A stretch of 63,237 nucleotides of DNA, the filler included, from Octopus bimaculoides (Eukaryota): assembly GCF_001194135.2 (NCBI RefSeq). It is 8 parts of 7 records of this genome, joined end to end, with 100 filler letters (N's around TTAATTAATTAA, not from the genome) between each part and the next. Parts side by side here need not be neighbours in the genome. Positions count along the whole stretch, not along the records: positions 13,971 to 37,170 come from NC_068997.1; 7 more parts are not named here. One strand, written 5' to 3'. Positions within the stretch are counted from its first letter, which is position 1, and each line of letters begins with the position of its first letter. Both the position numbers and the translations under genes were made by a program. Positions 24,077 to 37,270 of this stretch are shown one piece after another. The notes below the pieces were generated by a model that was given only the letters and a program-made list of their open reading frames with translations, was not told the DNA's origin and ran no database searches.

Positions 24077-24391
24077 CACACACACACACGCATATATTAA
24101 TGCACAAGTATATATACTCACTCCATTTCTTTCTCAAAACAATTTCAAAATCACATACTTAACATACTTAAGATATACACACATGATCTTAAGAAAATAA
24201 TGCATATAAATCCACACACATACACAGACAGACAAACACACATTCACACACACACGCACACATACACACACGCACACATACACACACGCACACACACATA
24301 CACCAGTACTCTCACATATACTTTGGCATAGATATATGTAAATGAAAAACACAAGAATAAGATAAACTTGAGGCAAATCGAATTATTAGTT

Positions 24392-24440
<49 letters not shown>

Positions 24441-24541
24441 TGTTGTTGTTGTTGTTATTATTATCATATTTATGAATGGTAAATCTGTTGTGTGCTATAT
24501 TTTAACATATCTCATTGTTAAATATATATGTACATATATGT

Positions 24542-24582
<41 letters not shown>

Positions 24583-24600
24583 TGTATGAGTGAGGGTGTT
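21385..24600. repeat. Field of (CA)n, (TA)n, (TACA)n, (ATT)n and (GTT)n microsatellites with two large gaps
   Basis: Directly visible. Confidence 0.95.
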
Positions 24601-24721
24601 GTAACATGTAGCATTAAAATATATACTGGAATAAATAGCACTGTTTTCTTTACATGGTGGTTTACATGATGATCATGGAATTATATGAGTGTATATGAGT
24701 ACATGTGTGTGTGTATATATA

Positions 24722-24900
24722 TAGTTCAAATGGTACAGAAAACAAAAGACAAAGACAGGTGAGGGAACAAGCAAGTGTGTTAGTTTGACACTCAGGAAGA
24801 ATGGGAAAGTCTTTCACATTTTGAGATTAGGCTCTTTGACAGAAAGAGTTGAGAGGAAAAATGGAGAGAGAATGAAAAAAAAATTGGAGACAGTAAAAAA
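24722..24900 (-). repeat. Hammerhead-motif repeat, copy 3, CpG-decayed
   Basis: Reverse complement of 24810-24848 reads ctcttt-ctgtcaa-agagc-ctaa-tctc-aaaa-tgtg-aaaga. Confidence 0.55.
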
Positions 24901-25059
24901 TGTGTAAGGATTAACAATTCAACAAATGTTGACAGTGACTTCAAAGTTTCAGACAGACTGACAAACATGAGCAAGCTGAAAGTTCAGTGATACAGTCTAT
25001 CCTTTCATTGTAAAGGTAATATATGTTTATAATATTAAGCAGACCTGTCCGTTTTCAGG

Positions 25060-25310
25060 AAGACCTGCCTGCCACAGCAGAATTGATGCTGGTGTTGGTG
25101 TCATGTAAAAAACACTTGTGCTGGTAACACATTAAAAGGATGCAGTAAACACTGTGGAATGTCTGGGATTAAGAAGGGCATCCAGCTGTAGAAACCATAC
25201 CAGAACAGACAATGGCATTTGATGCAGGTTCTGGCCTTTCCGGTTCCTGTCAAACTATCCAACCCACACCAGCATGGAAAACAGATGTTAAATGATGATG
25301 AGGATGATGT
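25060..25310 (+). mobile_element. RTE 3'UTR fragment
   Basis: aagaagggcatccagctgtagaaacc...ccaacccacaccagcatggaaaacagatgttaaa(tga)n. Confidence 0.8.
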
Positions 25311-25339
25311 GTGTTACATGCGTAGCAACTCAATAGCGC

Positions 25340-26550
25340 AAGCTCAATACACAAGTACTCAAGGAAACTCATGGTGCTAATCTATGGAAAGATGTAGAAG
25401 GCTTGAGTAAATGGGCTGTAGAGAACAACATGCAATTTAATGCAAGAAAATTGAAGGCTTTTTGATATCAGCCTGTGTGTGCTAACATGCTACAACAAAG
25501 ATATTTTAGATTAAAAAAAAAAGCAGCAATTCAAGAATCAAGCACAGCATTATCTGGGGATTGATATGAGCAACAGTGCTTTGCTTCAGGTACATATCAC
25601 CGTTGTTGGCACTCCGTCGCTTACGACATCGAGGGTTCCAGTTGATTCGATCAAGAGAACAGTTTGCTCATGAAATTAACATGCAAGTGGCTGAGCACTC
25701 CACAGACACGTGTACCCTTAACGTAGTTCTCGGGGATATTCAGCGTGACACAGTGTGATAAGGCTGGCCCTTTGAATTACAGGCACAACAGAAATAGGAA
25801 GTAAGAGTGAGAGAAAGTTGTGGTGAAAGAGTACAGCAGGGTTCGCCACCATCCCCTGCCAGAGCCTTGTGGAGCTTTTGGTGTTTTCGCTCAATAAACA
25901 CTCACAACGCCCGGTCTGGGAATCGAAACCGCGATCCTATGACCGCGAGTCCCCTGCCCTAACCACTGGGCCATTGCGCCTCCTATATATCACCAAGATA
26001 GTGACAATGCTCATGTGAAGGGCTGGATTGATTCTCAGTACCTTCAAAACAAGAGGCCAGGAAATAATGCTGGTTCCATGGAGGACATTTGTCCTCAGCC
26101 ATCTTGTCTACCTATCTCAATTATGGTTACGGCACACAGTCAAATTAACAGCAGAACTTGAGGCAGCTCAGCAGTGCTACACCAGGAAGATTTCACCAAT
26201 GAAACAGTTGAGCTTCTGTGACAAACTGAAAGAAGTGCAACTCTACTTCCTGGTGTAATGATGGGAGAGATATGCAGTGATATGCATATGGAAGCTCCTA
26301 GAGGGGCTGGTGTCAAACTTAGGTATTGAGAGATATATCAGTCTCCGAATAGGATGCCAATGCACTGTTCCAAAGGTCCCAGCCATCATATCTTGAGTAA
26401 GGACCAGGTACTGTAATAACTTGGGGTTCAAAGGCCCTCAGCTATTATCTTACTAAATTCCTGAGAGATTTACATGGAGTGTGGGGTAAATGTTTTCAAG
26501 AAGCACCTTGACCCTCTCTAGTCCTACATCCCAGATGAACCTACAATGTG
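25340..26550 (+). mobile_element. Decayed CR1-like LINE 3' ORF, split by an S2 SINE
   Basis: KWAVENNMQFNA, then ILSTFKTR..MLVPWRTFVLSHL.Y.SQLW..ELEAAQQCYTRKI..KLKEVQLY, ERYAVICIWKLLEGLV and FKKHLD..IPDEP. Confidence 0.8.
25602..25986 (-). mobile_element. SINE S2, young, with 8-bp TSD
   Basis: atatcacc at 25594-25601 and 25987-25994. Reverse complement head ggcgcaatggcccagtggttaggg...ggtttcgattccc. Confidence 0.95.
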
Positions 26551-26721
26551 GCAAGAAACTCAAAAATGGGTAGCAATATCACTTTCATTTGGTGAATATT
26601 TTACTTTTTGGTATTAACACTGTCACTTGTGGTTCTATTTATGAATTTGTAAATATAAATGATTTGTGCATTTTCATGCTGTAGGAAATGGAACAACTAA
26701 GAAAAATGATTAAAAGATGGC

Positions 26722-26752
26722 TTCACCACCACCACCACCACCACCACTACCA

Positions 26753-26795
<43 letters not shown>

Positions 26796-27230
26796 GTCGT
26801 CGTCGTCGTCATCGTCATCATGATCATGATTTAACCTTTGCTTTCCCTGCTGGCATGGGTTGGATGATTTAACAGGAGCTGGCAAACCAGTGGGGTTGCG
26901 CCGGGCTCCAGTCTATTCTGGCAAGGTTTCTACAGCTGGATGCCCTTCCTATAATGTCAACCACTTTACAGAGTGCACTGGTTTCCTCCTACATGGTGCC
27001 AGCATGAGTGCTTTTTTTCATGTGGCATCAGAATGGGTGCTTTGTTAAGTGGTGCTGGCACAGGAGCTTTTGGACATAGCACTGGTATGAGTGTTTTTTC
27101 ATGTAGTGCTGGTATGGGTGCCCTATACACGGTGCCAGCACAGGTGCCAGCACAGGTGCCAGCACAGGTGCTTCCTATATGGCACCAGAACAGGTGCTTT
27201 TTACATGGTACTGGTACAGGAAGGTCATTA
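26722..27230 (-). mobile_element. RTE 3'UTR with degenerate tandem units and compound tail
   Basis: (CAC)n(CAT)n(CGT)n tail, UTR core ctacagctggatgcccttcct, and 12-nt tandem ggtgccagcaca x3 at ~27131-27171. Confidence 0.75.
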
Positions 27231-28998
27231 CTTCCAATCTCATTGTACCCAGTGAAAATAAAGTGTTTTCATATGTAAATAACTGTGCATTTAATGCCAT
27301 ACAAAGCAGAATTGTTAATAGAAATAATTAAGAGACGGCATCTGCATGAAAAACTATTGGCACATTAAGGGTGACGTACTGAATGTGATGTTGATGGTAG
27401 CAGTAGCTGCAGGGAAGAAACTGTAACAAGCTGAACTAAACACCTTTGGATTATGTAGCAACATTTCACTTTGAGTATATGCCTCTATTCATAGAAGACA
27501 TTCAAGTGGCATTAATCTGTCTTCCATTGCTATTGAACTAGGGTAAGGCATCAACAGGCTTTGGTTTCATGTCTCTATGGAAAAGGCAACTGGAAAGCAC
27601 ATCTTTTATACCTTTTCTAAAAGAAGTCTGTTGAAAATTTCATTTATCAGAGAATCACAAGTCAATACTGATTGTGTGTGTGTGTGTGTGTGTAGTACTC
27701 AATGCATGGGATAGAGTATAGTTATACTTATTTGTCTGATGCTCTCTGCTGATAAGTTTGATCAATCAACCATTCATGACACAAACTGTGAGGGCGCACA
27801 TATACATGAATATTCATATGTATACTTATATAAATGCAAAGATATGAAGGTATGTGTGTATGTATATATATATATATATATATATAACAATTTTGGGTAA
27901 AACCTCCACTTTTACCCGCTCCCATTGATTGCACCTAGTATAGCACTAGTGTAGCAATGATTGTGTACCCTCCCAGCAGTATACTGGATAGATACTATCC
28001 CTTAGTGGGTTGAACCCCCAACCCCTAACTCTCTCACGTTATATATATATATATATATATATATTCACACATACATATATACATATATATACATATATGT
28101 AATTACACAAGCATGCACAAACCTATATGCATTCACACACATATTCACATATAAAGGTTCACACAGTTATATGAATGTATATATATATATAATGTCTCAT
28201 ATGACCAAATACCTGTCTCTTGCAACACACCCTCTCTCCCTCTCTCTCTTTCTCTCTCTCTATCTCCTTCTCTCTGTCCCTTCTGATCGCCCACACACAT
28301 TCATTTCTTCAAAATTTCTAGATTAACTTAGTGCTCATTAGCAATGAATCTTCCAAAGAAGTTAATCACAAATACACTTCAAAAGAAACATAGAAGTCTG
28401 TTGAAATTCTTTTTACCAGCTTTCTTTGTTTTGTTTGTTTGTTTTTTTTTTCTTTCCTTTTCTTGTTTCTTTCTTTCTTTTTTTTGTTTCTTTTTTTTTT
28501 GTTCATTTATCTTTTTATCTTCAGTGATTTTAACAAGACTAAATACAAGCAACGAACAATTATAAATGTATTCAATTAATCCTCCTCCTTTCTTTATCTC
28601 ACTATATTTGATCTGTGATTCAGATTTAATTATACAGAAGATAACTAATAAAACTCGTTAGTCATGTGATGGTTCTGTTATTTAGCTGAACATAACATAA
28701 ATTGCATTAAACATTACACTCTGTCAACAAAATTAGAGACACTTTAAAGCCGCAATTGGTTTAGTTCTTGTATATTGTTTTGTTTTTGTTCTTTCAGTTT
28801 CTTTTTCTTCTTTATTCTTTACTTAAACAGAAGCAAGTTTTGTTTCTGTTGCTGTTGTTGTTGTTTTAGAATCAGGTCATCTTTGATCCAGCAACACCCA
28901 TGCTGTCTACTTTGCAGTATTAGCTTATCTAGAACAAATAATTTAGTCTTAACTCTCTCATGAGCCTAGAATCTCATTAGATTTATCTCACTTCCCAT

Positions 28999-29036
<38 letters not shown>

Positions 29037-29047
29037 TATATATGAAA

Positions 29048-29152
29048 TTGTTGGCACTCCGTCGCTTATGACGTCGAGGGTTCCAGTTGATCCGATCAAC
29101 AGAACAGCCTGCTCGTGAAATTAACGTGGCTGAGCACTCCTCAGACACGTGT
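29048..29152 (-). mobile_element. SINE S2, 3' terminal ~100 bp
   Basis: ttgttggcactccgtcgcttatgacgtcgagggttccagttgatccgatc. Confidence 0.85.
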
Positions 29153-29231
29153 AATATAAGGAAAGGAAAAATTGCAAGTGTATACAAACTTTAATTCATA
29201 ATCCAAGTTGAGTGAGGAAGAGAGAATGACA

Positions 29232-29535
29232 GAGTGAGCACATAAATGTGAAACAAAGTGGGAAAAATAGTACTTGAATAGCAGAGGTAGAGTAATATAC
29301 TTTATTGATAAAGCTCAAAGACATCACAACAGCTGTTACACAGAGTTTCACATTCTCACTCATCAAATAGTTTTGGCTGAGAATGGAACAAAAATAAGGT
29401 TATCTGTATAAATATACAATTACTCAATTGTATATTTATACATATAACCATTCTCAACCAAAACTTTCTAACAAACGGGAATGTGAAACTCTGAGTAACA
29501 GTTTTTGTGATGTCTTTGCAGCTTTATTAATAAAG

Positions 29536-29538
<3 letters not shown>
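29232..29538. mobile_element. Fold-back (palindromic) MITE, copy 2
   Basis: Arms 29297-29421 and 29426-29538 fold around the loop actc. The central 16 bp pair perfectly. Confidence 0.8.
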
Positions 29539-29569
<31 letters not shown>

Positions 29570-29573
<4 letters not shown>

Positions 29574-29690
29574 TGGAGGGGTGTTGTGTGTGTGGAGGAG
29601 TGTTGTGTGTGTGGAGGGGTGCTGTGTGTGGAGGGGTGTTGTGCGTGTGGAGGGGTGTTGTATGTGTGGAGGGGTGTTGTGTGTGTGTAT
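29570..29690. repeat. ~19-bp G-rich minisatellite (gtggaggggtgttgtgtgt), about 6 units
   Basis: Directly visible. Confidence 0.9.
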
Positions 29691-30654
29691 TCATTTATCT
29701 ATAACCAAGAGAACCATACTCTCTCCCTCAATGGGGTACCTGTTCATCACAAGGTCATACACCCAGCCGTTGCTTGTCCTCATTTTTAGCTGGTTTGATT
29801 GGAGCAATGTGAAATGAAATGATTTGTTCTAGAACAGCATTCATTGTCTCATCTGGAAGTTACATATTGACCTCCTTGGCCACATACTGACCCTCTTGTT
29901 ACATACTGACCCCCTTGGCTAATGGAAACATTATATTGAGTTAATGTAGTTTTGGCCAAAATGTCCTTTTGATTTTTTCAAAAGAGCTAGATGGATGTCA
30001 TTCAAAGGACATTTGGCTGCTATTTCTTCCAGGTAGTCATGTTATTTAGCCCCGGATCAACCTTGATTGAATGGTTTTGTAGTCAAAAGCATTATTGTGA
30101 TGATCACCACTTTAATATGTACCAAGTTTCATTATCCAATAAGCTTACCAACTTAATTTGAGGAAAATTTGGTTGCTATTTTTAGCAGATTAAACAACCA
30201 CGGAAAGACTCACTTGTTGGCTCATTTCATTGTCTTGACTAAAATTAAAGTGTCACAGTATCTGTCCTCATCAGATCTTAATACTGTGGCTTCTATTTTA
30301 ATCTAACTTCTGATTAATAGTGAAAATACTGGAGCTTCCGTTAGCTCTATTCTCAGCTGATTTGATATCTACACACATAATCGTGCTTTAGCATCCACTT
30401 ATCTGAGTTTGCATGGGTCAGGTGGAATACGTTGAGGCAGGTTTTCTACACACAAATGCGTTTCCTGTCACCAACCTTCAGCTGTTTCCAAGCAAGGTAA
30501 TATTTTCCCCATGGCTGGATAAGTTTTCACAGAAGGCTGCAAATGAGGGATAATGCTTGTATGATGATAATGCTCATTTACAGCCATTGCATGATGTCAA
30601 GGCAAGGAGAGAAATGCACACACAAACAAACACATGCACACACACACACACACA

Positions 30655-30933
30655 AATATGATGGGCTTCTTTCAACTTCCATCTATCAATTCCATTCCAC
30701 TCACAAGGATTTGGTTGGATGGAGGCTTTAGTAGAAGGCATTTGCCCAAGGTGCCGTGCAGTGGTACTGAACCTGAAACCTTGTGGTTGGGAAGTGAACT
30801 CCTTAACCACACAGCCAATGTGAAATAAAGTGTCTTGCTCAAGAACACAACACGCAGCCCGGTCCAGGATTCAAACTCACAACCTCAAGATCGTAAGCTC
30901 GACGCTCTAACCACTGAGCCATGCGCCTTCACA
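30655..30933 (-). mobile_element. Adjacent S1 head (30655-30815) and S3 head (30817-30933)
   Basis: S1 core and B-box. The S3 reverse complement reads ggcgcatggctcagtggttagagcg...gagtttgaatcc...cttgagcaagacactttatttcac. Confidence 0.8.
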
Positions 30934-31189
30934 GACCACATTCTCAAGATATTTAAAATACGTGTGGGACTAGGAAGTTATTTTCTTAACCCTAGGTAAA
31001 TGTCCTTCTACTGAAATGTCTCATTTTATTTTGTGTCTCCTCTCTTGTTATTTTGCACCTATTTTCTTTTCCTCGTAATCAATTCTGCATAGACAATTGC
31101 CATTTTTGTTATTTGCCCATGTAATGTTCCTCTAACAATGTTGCCCTTGTGACAAATAAAGTATATTGTTACTAAATTCATTTTAATTA

Positions 31190-31256
<67 letters not shown>

Positions 31257-31395
31257 CAACAATATTATCTGGAATGAATTTTAATTCTCTGTTTGAAAGA
31301 TGTTAATAAATGATATTGAAACAATTCAGATGAGATTATTCCGACTGAGAAAGCAAGAGGTGAGGGAGGAGGAAAAATAAACAGATGGGTAGATG

Positions 31396-31455
<60 letters not shown>

Positions 31456-31522
31456 CAGACAGACAAGCTGACAGACAGAGAGAAAGAGAGAAAGCGACAG
31501 AGATAGGTAGATAGGTAGATAG

Positions 31523-31577
<55 letters not shown>

Positions 31578-31793
31578 AAGGGAGAAAAAAGAAAGAGAAA
31601 GACAGACAGAAACAGAGACAGAAAGAGACAGAGATAGAGAAAGGGAGATAGATAGAGAGAGAGGGGGGAGAAAGAGAGCTAGATAGATTAGAGACAGAGA
31701 GAGGAAGAAAGAGATGAATAGATAGAGGGAAATAAAAAGAGAGAGAAAGGTGTCTATGCGAATGTGAATGCATATGTATGCATGTGTGTATAT

Positions 31794-31824
<31 letters not shown>

Positions 31825-32211
31825 GACAGGAATGTTAGAAAATAATATTGAGAATGAGAGAGAGCGATTGAAATATATGTGTGTGTATATCTACATATGT
31901 ATATGATGTGTGCGAGAGAGAGAGAAAGAGAGAGAGAGAGGAGTAAAGTGGTGGGGGAGGGAGAACCCAGAGAGTAAAGACTAGAAAGATTAGTTATATT
32001 AATGCATAATGCCTAATATTACAAGAGCCACGAAAAATAAAAACAAAAATCAGATAAAAATTAAAAATTAAGATCATCAAAATATTGAAAGACATCCAGA
32101 TAATGGTTAATCCTGTTATATTTCTCAGACTGATACTGCATTCTTACATTTCCATGGAAGTAAATAGCAGTGGAAGCACCAACAAGAACCTCAATAATAA
32201 TAATGATGATG

Positions 32212-32301
<90 letters not shown>

Positions 32302-32320
32302 TTAATAATAATAATAATCT
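31190..32320. repeat. (ATT)n, (GA)n/(GATA)n/(GACA)n and (AAT)n microsatellites
   Basis: Tracts at ~31190-31257, 31380-31950 and 32195-32318. Confidence 0.95.
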
Positions 32321-32652
32321 TTTGGAATGTTATATTTGTTTTGGAACAAGAAAGAGATGGAAGTTGATTATTTTAAACCCCCGATACATTGCAAGGACTT
32401 CTTTTCTTAGTTCCAAAATAAAGCGTGGAAAATGTCAATTCTGGTATGATTTGAACTCAGAAACAGGTGATATTGAAGGTGATTGGAGTGGCATGAGTTA
32501 TATTAATGAATATGGAAAAGAAAAGAAAAAAAAAATTGTGCATTTTTTTTTTTGTTTTTTGTTAATGAAAGTAAACAAATATGTTTTCTAGCAATTGTTG
32601 TTGCTGTTAACGATGTCTCTTTGTGTTAATATAGAATTTCATAGAAGAGAAA

Positions 32653-32697
<45 letters not shown>

Positions 32698-32736
32698 GCG
32701 TATGTTTTTGTNNNNNNNNNNNNNATAGAAGAGAAA

Positions 32737-32781
<45 letters not shown>

Positions 32782-32914
32782 GCGTATGTTTTTGTGTGTG
32801 TGTGTGTGTGTGCGTGTGCGTATGTTTTTGTGTGTGTGTGTAGATACAATGTGCACAAATGTTCTAACTTTGTATTGTTTGTTTCCTTGTTTACTCTTAT
32901 ACTCTTTTACTTGT

Positions 32915-33240
32915 TTCAGTCATTTGACTGCAGCCTCGCTCAAATGTAGACAGAAACTGAAAGAAGCCCATTGTATATATACGTGTGTGTGTTTGTGTAT
33001 GTATATATATGTATGCATGTATTTGTTATTTGTGTCTGTGTTTGCCCACACCCCCACCACACCATTATTGCTTGACAACCGATGTTGGTGTGGTTTCAAC
33101 TCCCTGTCACATAGTGGTTTGGCAAATAGAGTCCGATAGAATAAGTACTAGGCTTACAAAGAATAAGTCCTGGGGTCGATTTGCTCGACTACAGGCGGTG
33201 CTCCAGCATAGCCACAGTAAACTGACTGAAACAAGTTGAA
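32915..33240 (+). mobile_element. SINE S1, 5'-truncated
   Basis: gtagacagaaactgaaagaagccc, (TA/TG)n, then a near-consensus 3' half. Confidence 0.85.
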
Positions 33241-33399
33241 GAATAAAAGAATACTTGGACCTATGATAAATGAAGATGATGAGTATTTAACTGGTACTTT
33301 GTGTTATCAGCCCAAGAACACACCTTCATCAGGTGTCTTGGGGAAATTTCTAACCTGGGTTCTCATTCCTAAGGTATTTTTCGATGTTGTTGTTGTTGT

Positions 33400-33665
33400 T
33401 ATTATTATTATTATTATTGTTCAGTAGTTTTATTTTTATAACGTGCTTTCACTTCACTACCGAACGCAGCTCTGTGCGCCTTGGGTATGTGCTGTGGTTT
33501 GCTGTGGTGTCCTTATGGTTACTATATTGAAAGTGTTTTGCGTAGGATGTGTGCAGTGCCCAGTAGTGCAATTTTCTGTATGTTATATATATTTGTAAGT
33601 CCTGGTATTTTTGTTATGTATTTGTCTGAATATTTTTTTATTATACCTAAGGCACCTACTATGAT
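33400..33665 (-). mobile_element. R4/Dong-like LINE 3' end (subfamily a) with (ATT)n on the + strand
   Basis: The minus strand encodes IIVGALGIIKKYSDKYITKIPGLTNIYNIQKIALLGTAHILRKTLSI. It is near-identical to 37400-37670. Confidence 0.9.
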
Positions 33666-34075
33666 NNNNNNNNNNNNNNNNNNNNNNNNNNNNNNNNNNN
33701 NNNNNNNNNNNNNNNNNNNNNNNNNNNNNNNNNNNNNNNNNNNNNNNNNNNNNNNNNNNNNNNNNNNNNNNNNNNNNNNNNNNNNNNNNNNNNNNNNNNN
33801 NNNNNNNNNNNNNNNNNNNNNNNNNNNNNNNNNNNNNNNNNNNNNNNNNNNNNNNNNNNNNNNNNNNNNNNNNNNNNNNNNNNNNNNNNNNNNNNNNNNN
33901 NNNNNNNNNNNNNNNNNNNNNNNNNNNNNNNNNNNNNNNNNNNNNNNNNNNNNNNNNNNNNNNNNNNNNNNNNNNNNNNNNNNNNNNNNNNNNNNNNNNN
34001 NNNNNNNNNNNNNNNNNNNNNNNNNNNNNNNNNNNNNNNNNNNNNNNNNNNNNNNNNNNNNNNNNNNNNNNNNNN

Positions 34076-34515
34076 GGGTTGGACGATTTGACTGAGGACT
34101 GGCAAACCAGATGGCTGCACCAGGTTCCAATCTGATCTGGCAGAGCTTCTACAGTTGGATGCCCTTCCTAAAGCCAACCACTCCGAGAGTGCAGTGGGTG
34201 CTTTTATGTGCCACAAGCATGAGGGCCAGTCAGGTGGTACTAGCAACAGCCACGCTCAAATGGTGTATTTTACATGCTATCTGCGCAGGAGTCAGTCCAG
34301 CAGCACTGGCAATGACCTCGCTCAAATGTTTTGTTCACATGCCACCGGCACAAGTGCCAGTAAGGCAACACTGGTAACGATCACGCTCGAATGGTGCTTT
34401 TACGTGCCACCGGCACAGAAGCCAGACCGCTGCTCTGGCAATGATTCCGCTCGGATGGTGCTGTTAGCGCTCCACTGGCACAGGTGCCAGTCATCGAATT
34501 TGGTTCAGTTATGAT
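34076..34515 (-). mobile_element. RTE 3'UTR with about four tandem units
   Basis: UTR core followed by repeated ca.gctc.(g/a)atgg.tg.tttt.(c)gtgcca..gg units. Confidence 0.8.
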
Positions 34516-34520
34516 TTAAT

Positions 34521-34558
<38 letters not shown>

Positions 34559-34574
34559 TGATGAGGATAATAAT

Positions 34575-35365
34575 CCTGTCTATTAAAGGCACAAGGCCTG
34601 AAATTTGGAGGTAGGAGGCTAGTCAATTACATCGACCCCAGTGTTTCACTGGTATTTAATTTATCAATCCTGAAAGGATGAGAGGCAAAGTTGACCTCAG
34701 TGGAATTTCAACTCAGAATATAGCGACAAGCAAAATACTGCTAACCAGTGTGCTAACAATAATGCCAGCTCGACACCATCATGACAATGATTATAATGAT
34801 AACAAGAGCACTCAGAGAGTGCATGACCTCGACCATGAGAACACCAACATCTTCTCAACGATTAGCCAGAGATGATTTTTAAAATGAGAATATCTGAAAT
34901 AAACTCAACTGCTCTCACAAACGAGAATACTAAAAATGAACCTGACTGCTCTCAAAACTTAAGTAAAAAGAACAGGAAAAATAAACCAGAATCCTTGTCC
35001 AGTACCAGATCGATCCCAAAATCTAATCAGTTCGTGCCAGTTACGCGCCTAAACATCTCTGCAAGTTTCGTCTGAATCCATCCAGAGGTTCTTGGGATAT
35101 CTTGTCCAAGGACAAACAAACACCACTGAAAACAATAATAATAAAAATTCTTATTATTATAAGCACAAGGCCTCGAATTTTGGGGGAGTGTTTAGGCAAT
35201 TACGAAGGCCCTCAATACTTGACACCTTGACTCTTACTGTTTTTTATCAACCCAGAAAGAACGGAAAGCAAAGTTCACTTCAGCAGTATTTGAACTCACA
35301 ACATGAAGAGTTAAAAGAAATATCACAATGGCATTTTATCCAATGCTCTAATGATTCCACCAAAC
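34575..35365 (-). mobile_element. Two S4 SINEs (34575-34770, 35150-35365) flanking an unclassified ~330-bp segment
   Basis: Each has the aggcacaaggcc...ggcaaagtt.ac...tttgaactca pattern next to (AAT)n. The middle segment recalls non-autonomous Helitron-like repeats (recollection only). Confidence 0.65.
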
Positions 35366-35379
35366 CTCAGTAATTATTA

Positions 35380-35395
35380 TAACAACAACTATGAC

Positions 35396-35454
<59 letters not shown>

Positions 35455-36513
35455 TAATAATAATAATGACTATAATGATTATAATGACAACAATGACAAC
35501 AATAAGGCGAATGATAATCACAGTGGCTTTAATGGTGAAGATGATGATAACGATAATGCTAATAATGAACAATCGTCATAATAAAACAGATCCTACACCA
35601 GATTTTGCTTTCTACCAGAGAACTAAATTGTTTTGTTTATAAAGATAACATTTGAACATTCCAGCAGAGATAGCAAGATACTAAGATCAATTTGTTGAGA
35701 GTCTTTTGTTTTCTAGAGCAGCGTTAAGAAGATGGTAAACAGAAAAAAGATTCAATAAGAACAGTATAGAAGGGAGGTGGGTTGGTGGTGGTGGTGGTGG
35801 TGGTGCTTTATTAGTTTTGTGTATAATTGGGGGAGGAGGAGGAGGAGATGCATTGAAATCCCATTATGGGAAGACTTATGAAATATATCTTGGAATTTGA
35901 TGAAATTCGTTAAAAAACAAAACAAAACAAAACAAAAAACAAACAAAACATTTGTTTTGTTTTCGATTTTGTTTCACTTTGTGGTTATTGTTCATGAGAA
36001 TGTCTATGTGTGTGTGTGTGTGTTTGTGTGTTTGTATTTCTTTTTGTGTGCGTTTACGTGTGATTGAGTTTCTGTTTTGCTGTGTGATTTCGTTTGCGTG
36101 TTTGTGATTGGTTTTACTGTCCGTGTCAGCATACGTTTTTGTGTGCATGCAAATGTGAGTATATGCACGTGTTTTGTATGCATGTGTATGTGTACATTTT
36201 TCTGCATATGTGGAAGCATGTTTTTGTGCGTGCATGCATGTGTTTGTGTGTAAAGAGCAAATGCTTGTGCACTTGTGTGAGTGTGAATGTGTGTTTGTGT
36301 GCACACATATATGTGCATACACGACTCCTTATTTATGTGTATCTTTATATGTAAAACGTATTTGCATATATATGTGTGTGTATGTGCATGTGTGCATGTA
36401 TATGTGCATATGTGTGCATAAAGTTTGGTGATTATGGTGAAATTCAGCTAAAGATGTATATAGTGTGTGTAAAGGGGTCAGAAGACAATGCAACCATATA
36501 TATATTAAGTGTT

Positions 36514-36546
<33 letters not shown>

Positions 36547-37138
36547 GCACATATATACACACAAACACATATATATATATCGGTGTGTCTGTATATGTGA
36601 GTGTGTGTATATATATATATATAAACATATATATACACACACACATATACACATACACACATATAGAAATATATATGAATATACATGTGTGCATGTGTGT
36701 GTGAGTGTGTGCATGTGGTGTAATGCTGCAGTGTGTATACCACATGTGTGTGTGTGTGGCTTGTTTGTATATGTATGCTGCGTACGTGTGAAAGTATGGA
36801 ACATTCCCTATTGAGCAGAAACAATAAAGGCAGATGCAAAACAACGAAGAGAAACTATTATTTCATCATTTCCTCCTTAATATTCTAAGACATACACTAT
36901 TGTTGGATTTTTCGGAGATGTACAGTTTACATGTGCGTGTGTGTGTATGTGTGTGTGTGAGAGAGAGAGAATGAGAGAGAGAGAGACATAGAGAATCTAT
37001 GTATATGATGTAATCTGTTTAATGATGATGATGATGATGTGTAGCTGTGTGCAGTATTACGTGTTTCTAATTGTGATATAGCTACATATGTATATAGTAT
37101 TTCTCTGTTTACCAGTGTCTGTATGTGCATGCATATAA

Positions 37139-37170
<32 letters not shown>
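35380..37170. repeat. (AAT/GAT/AAC)n and long (TG)/(TA) compound microsatellite field
   Basis: Directly visible. Confidence 0.9.
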
Positions 37171-37270
37171 NNNNNNNNNNNNNNNNNNNNNNNNNNNNNN
37201 NNNNNNNNNNNNNNTTAATTAATTAANNNNNNNNNNNNNNNNNNNNNNNNNNNNNNNNNNNNNNNNNNNN

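Noticed and set aside
25915-25986. tRNA genes (also 30850-30933, 5185-5260, 9643-9720)
   Set aside because: A and B boxes are present but there is no complete acceptor stem, and each continues into a multi-copy SINE body.
33323-33332. Further hammerhead cores: CTGATGAAGG (minus strand here) and CTGACGAAGGG at 47815
   Set aside because: No stem II plus GAAA half follows either. At most they are truncated remnants.
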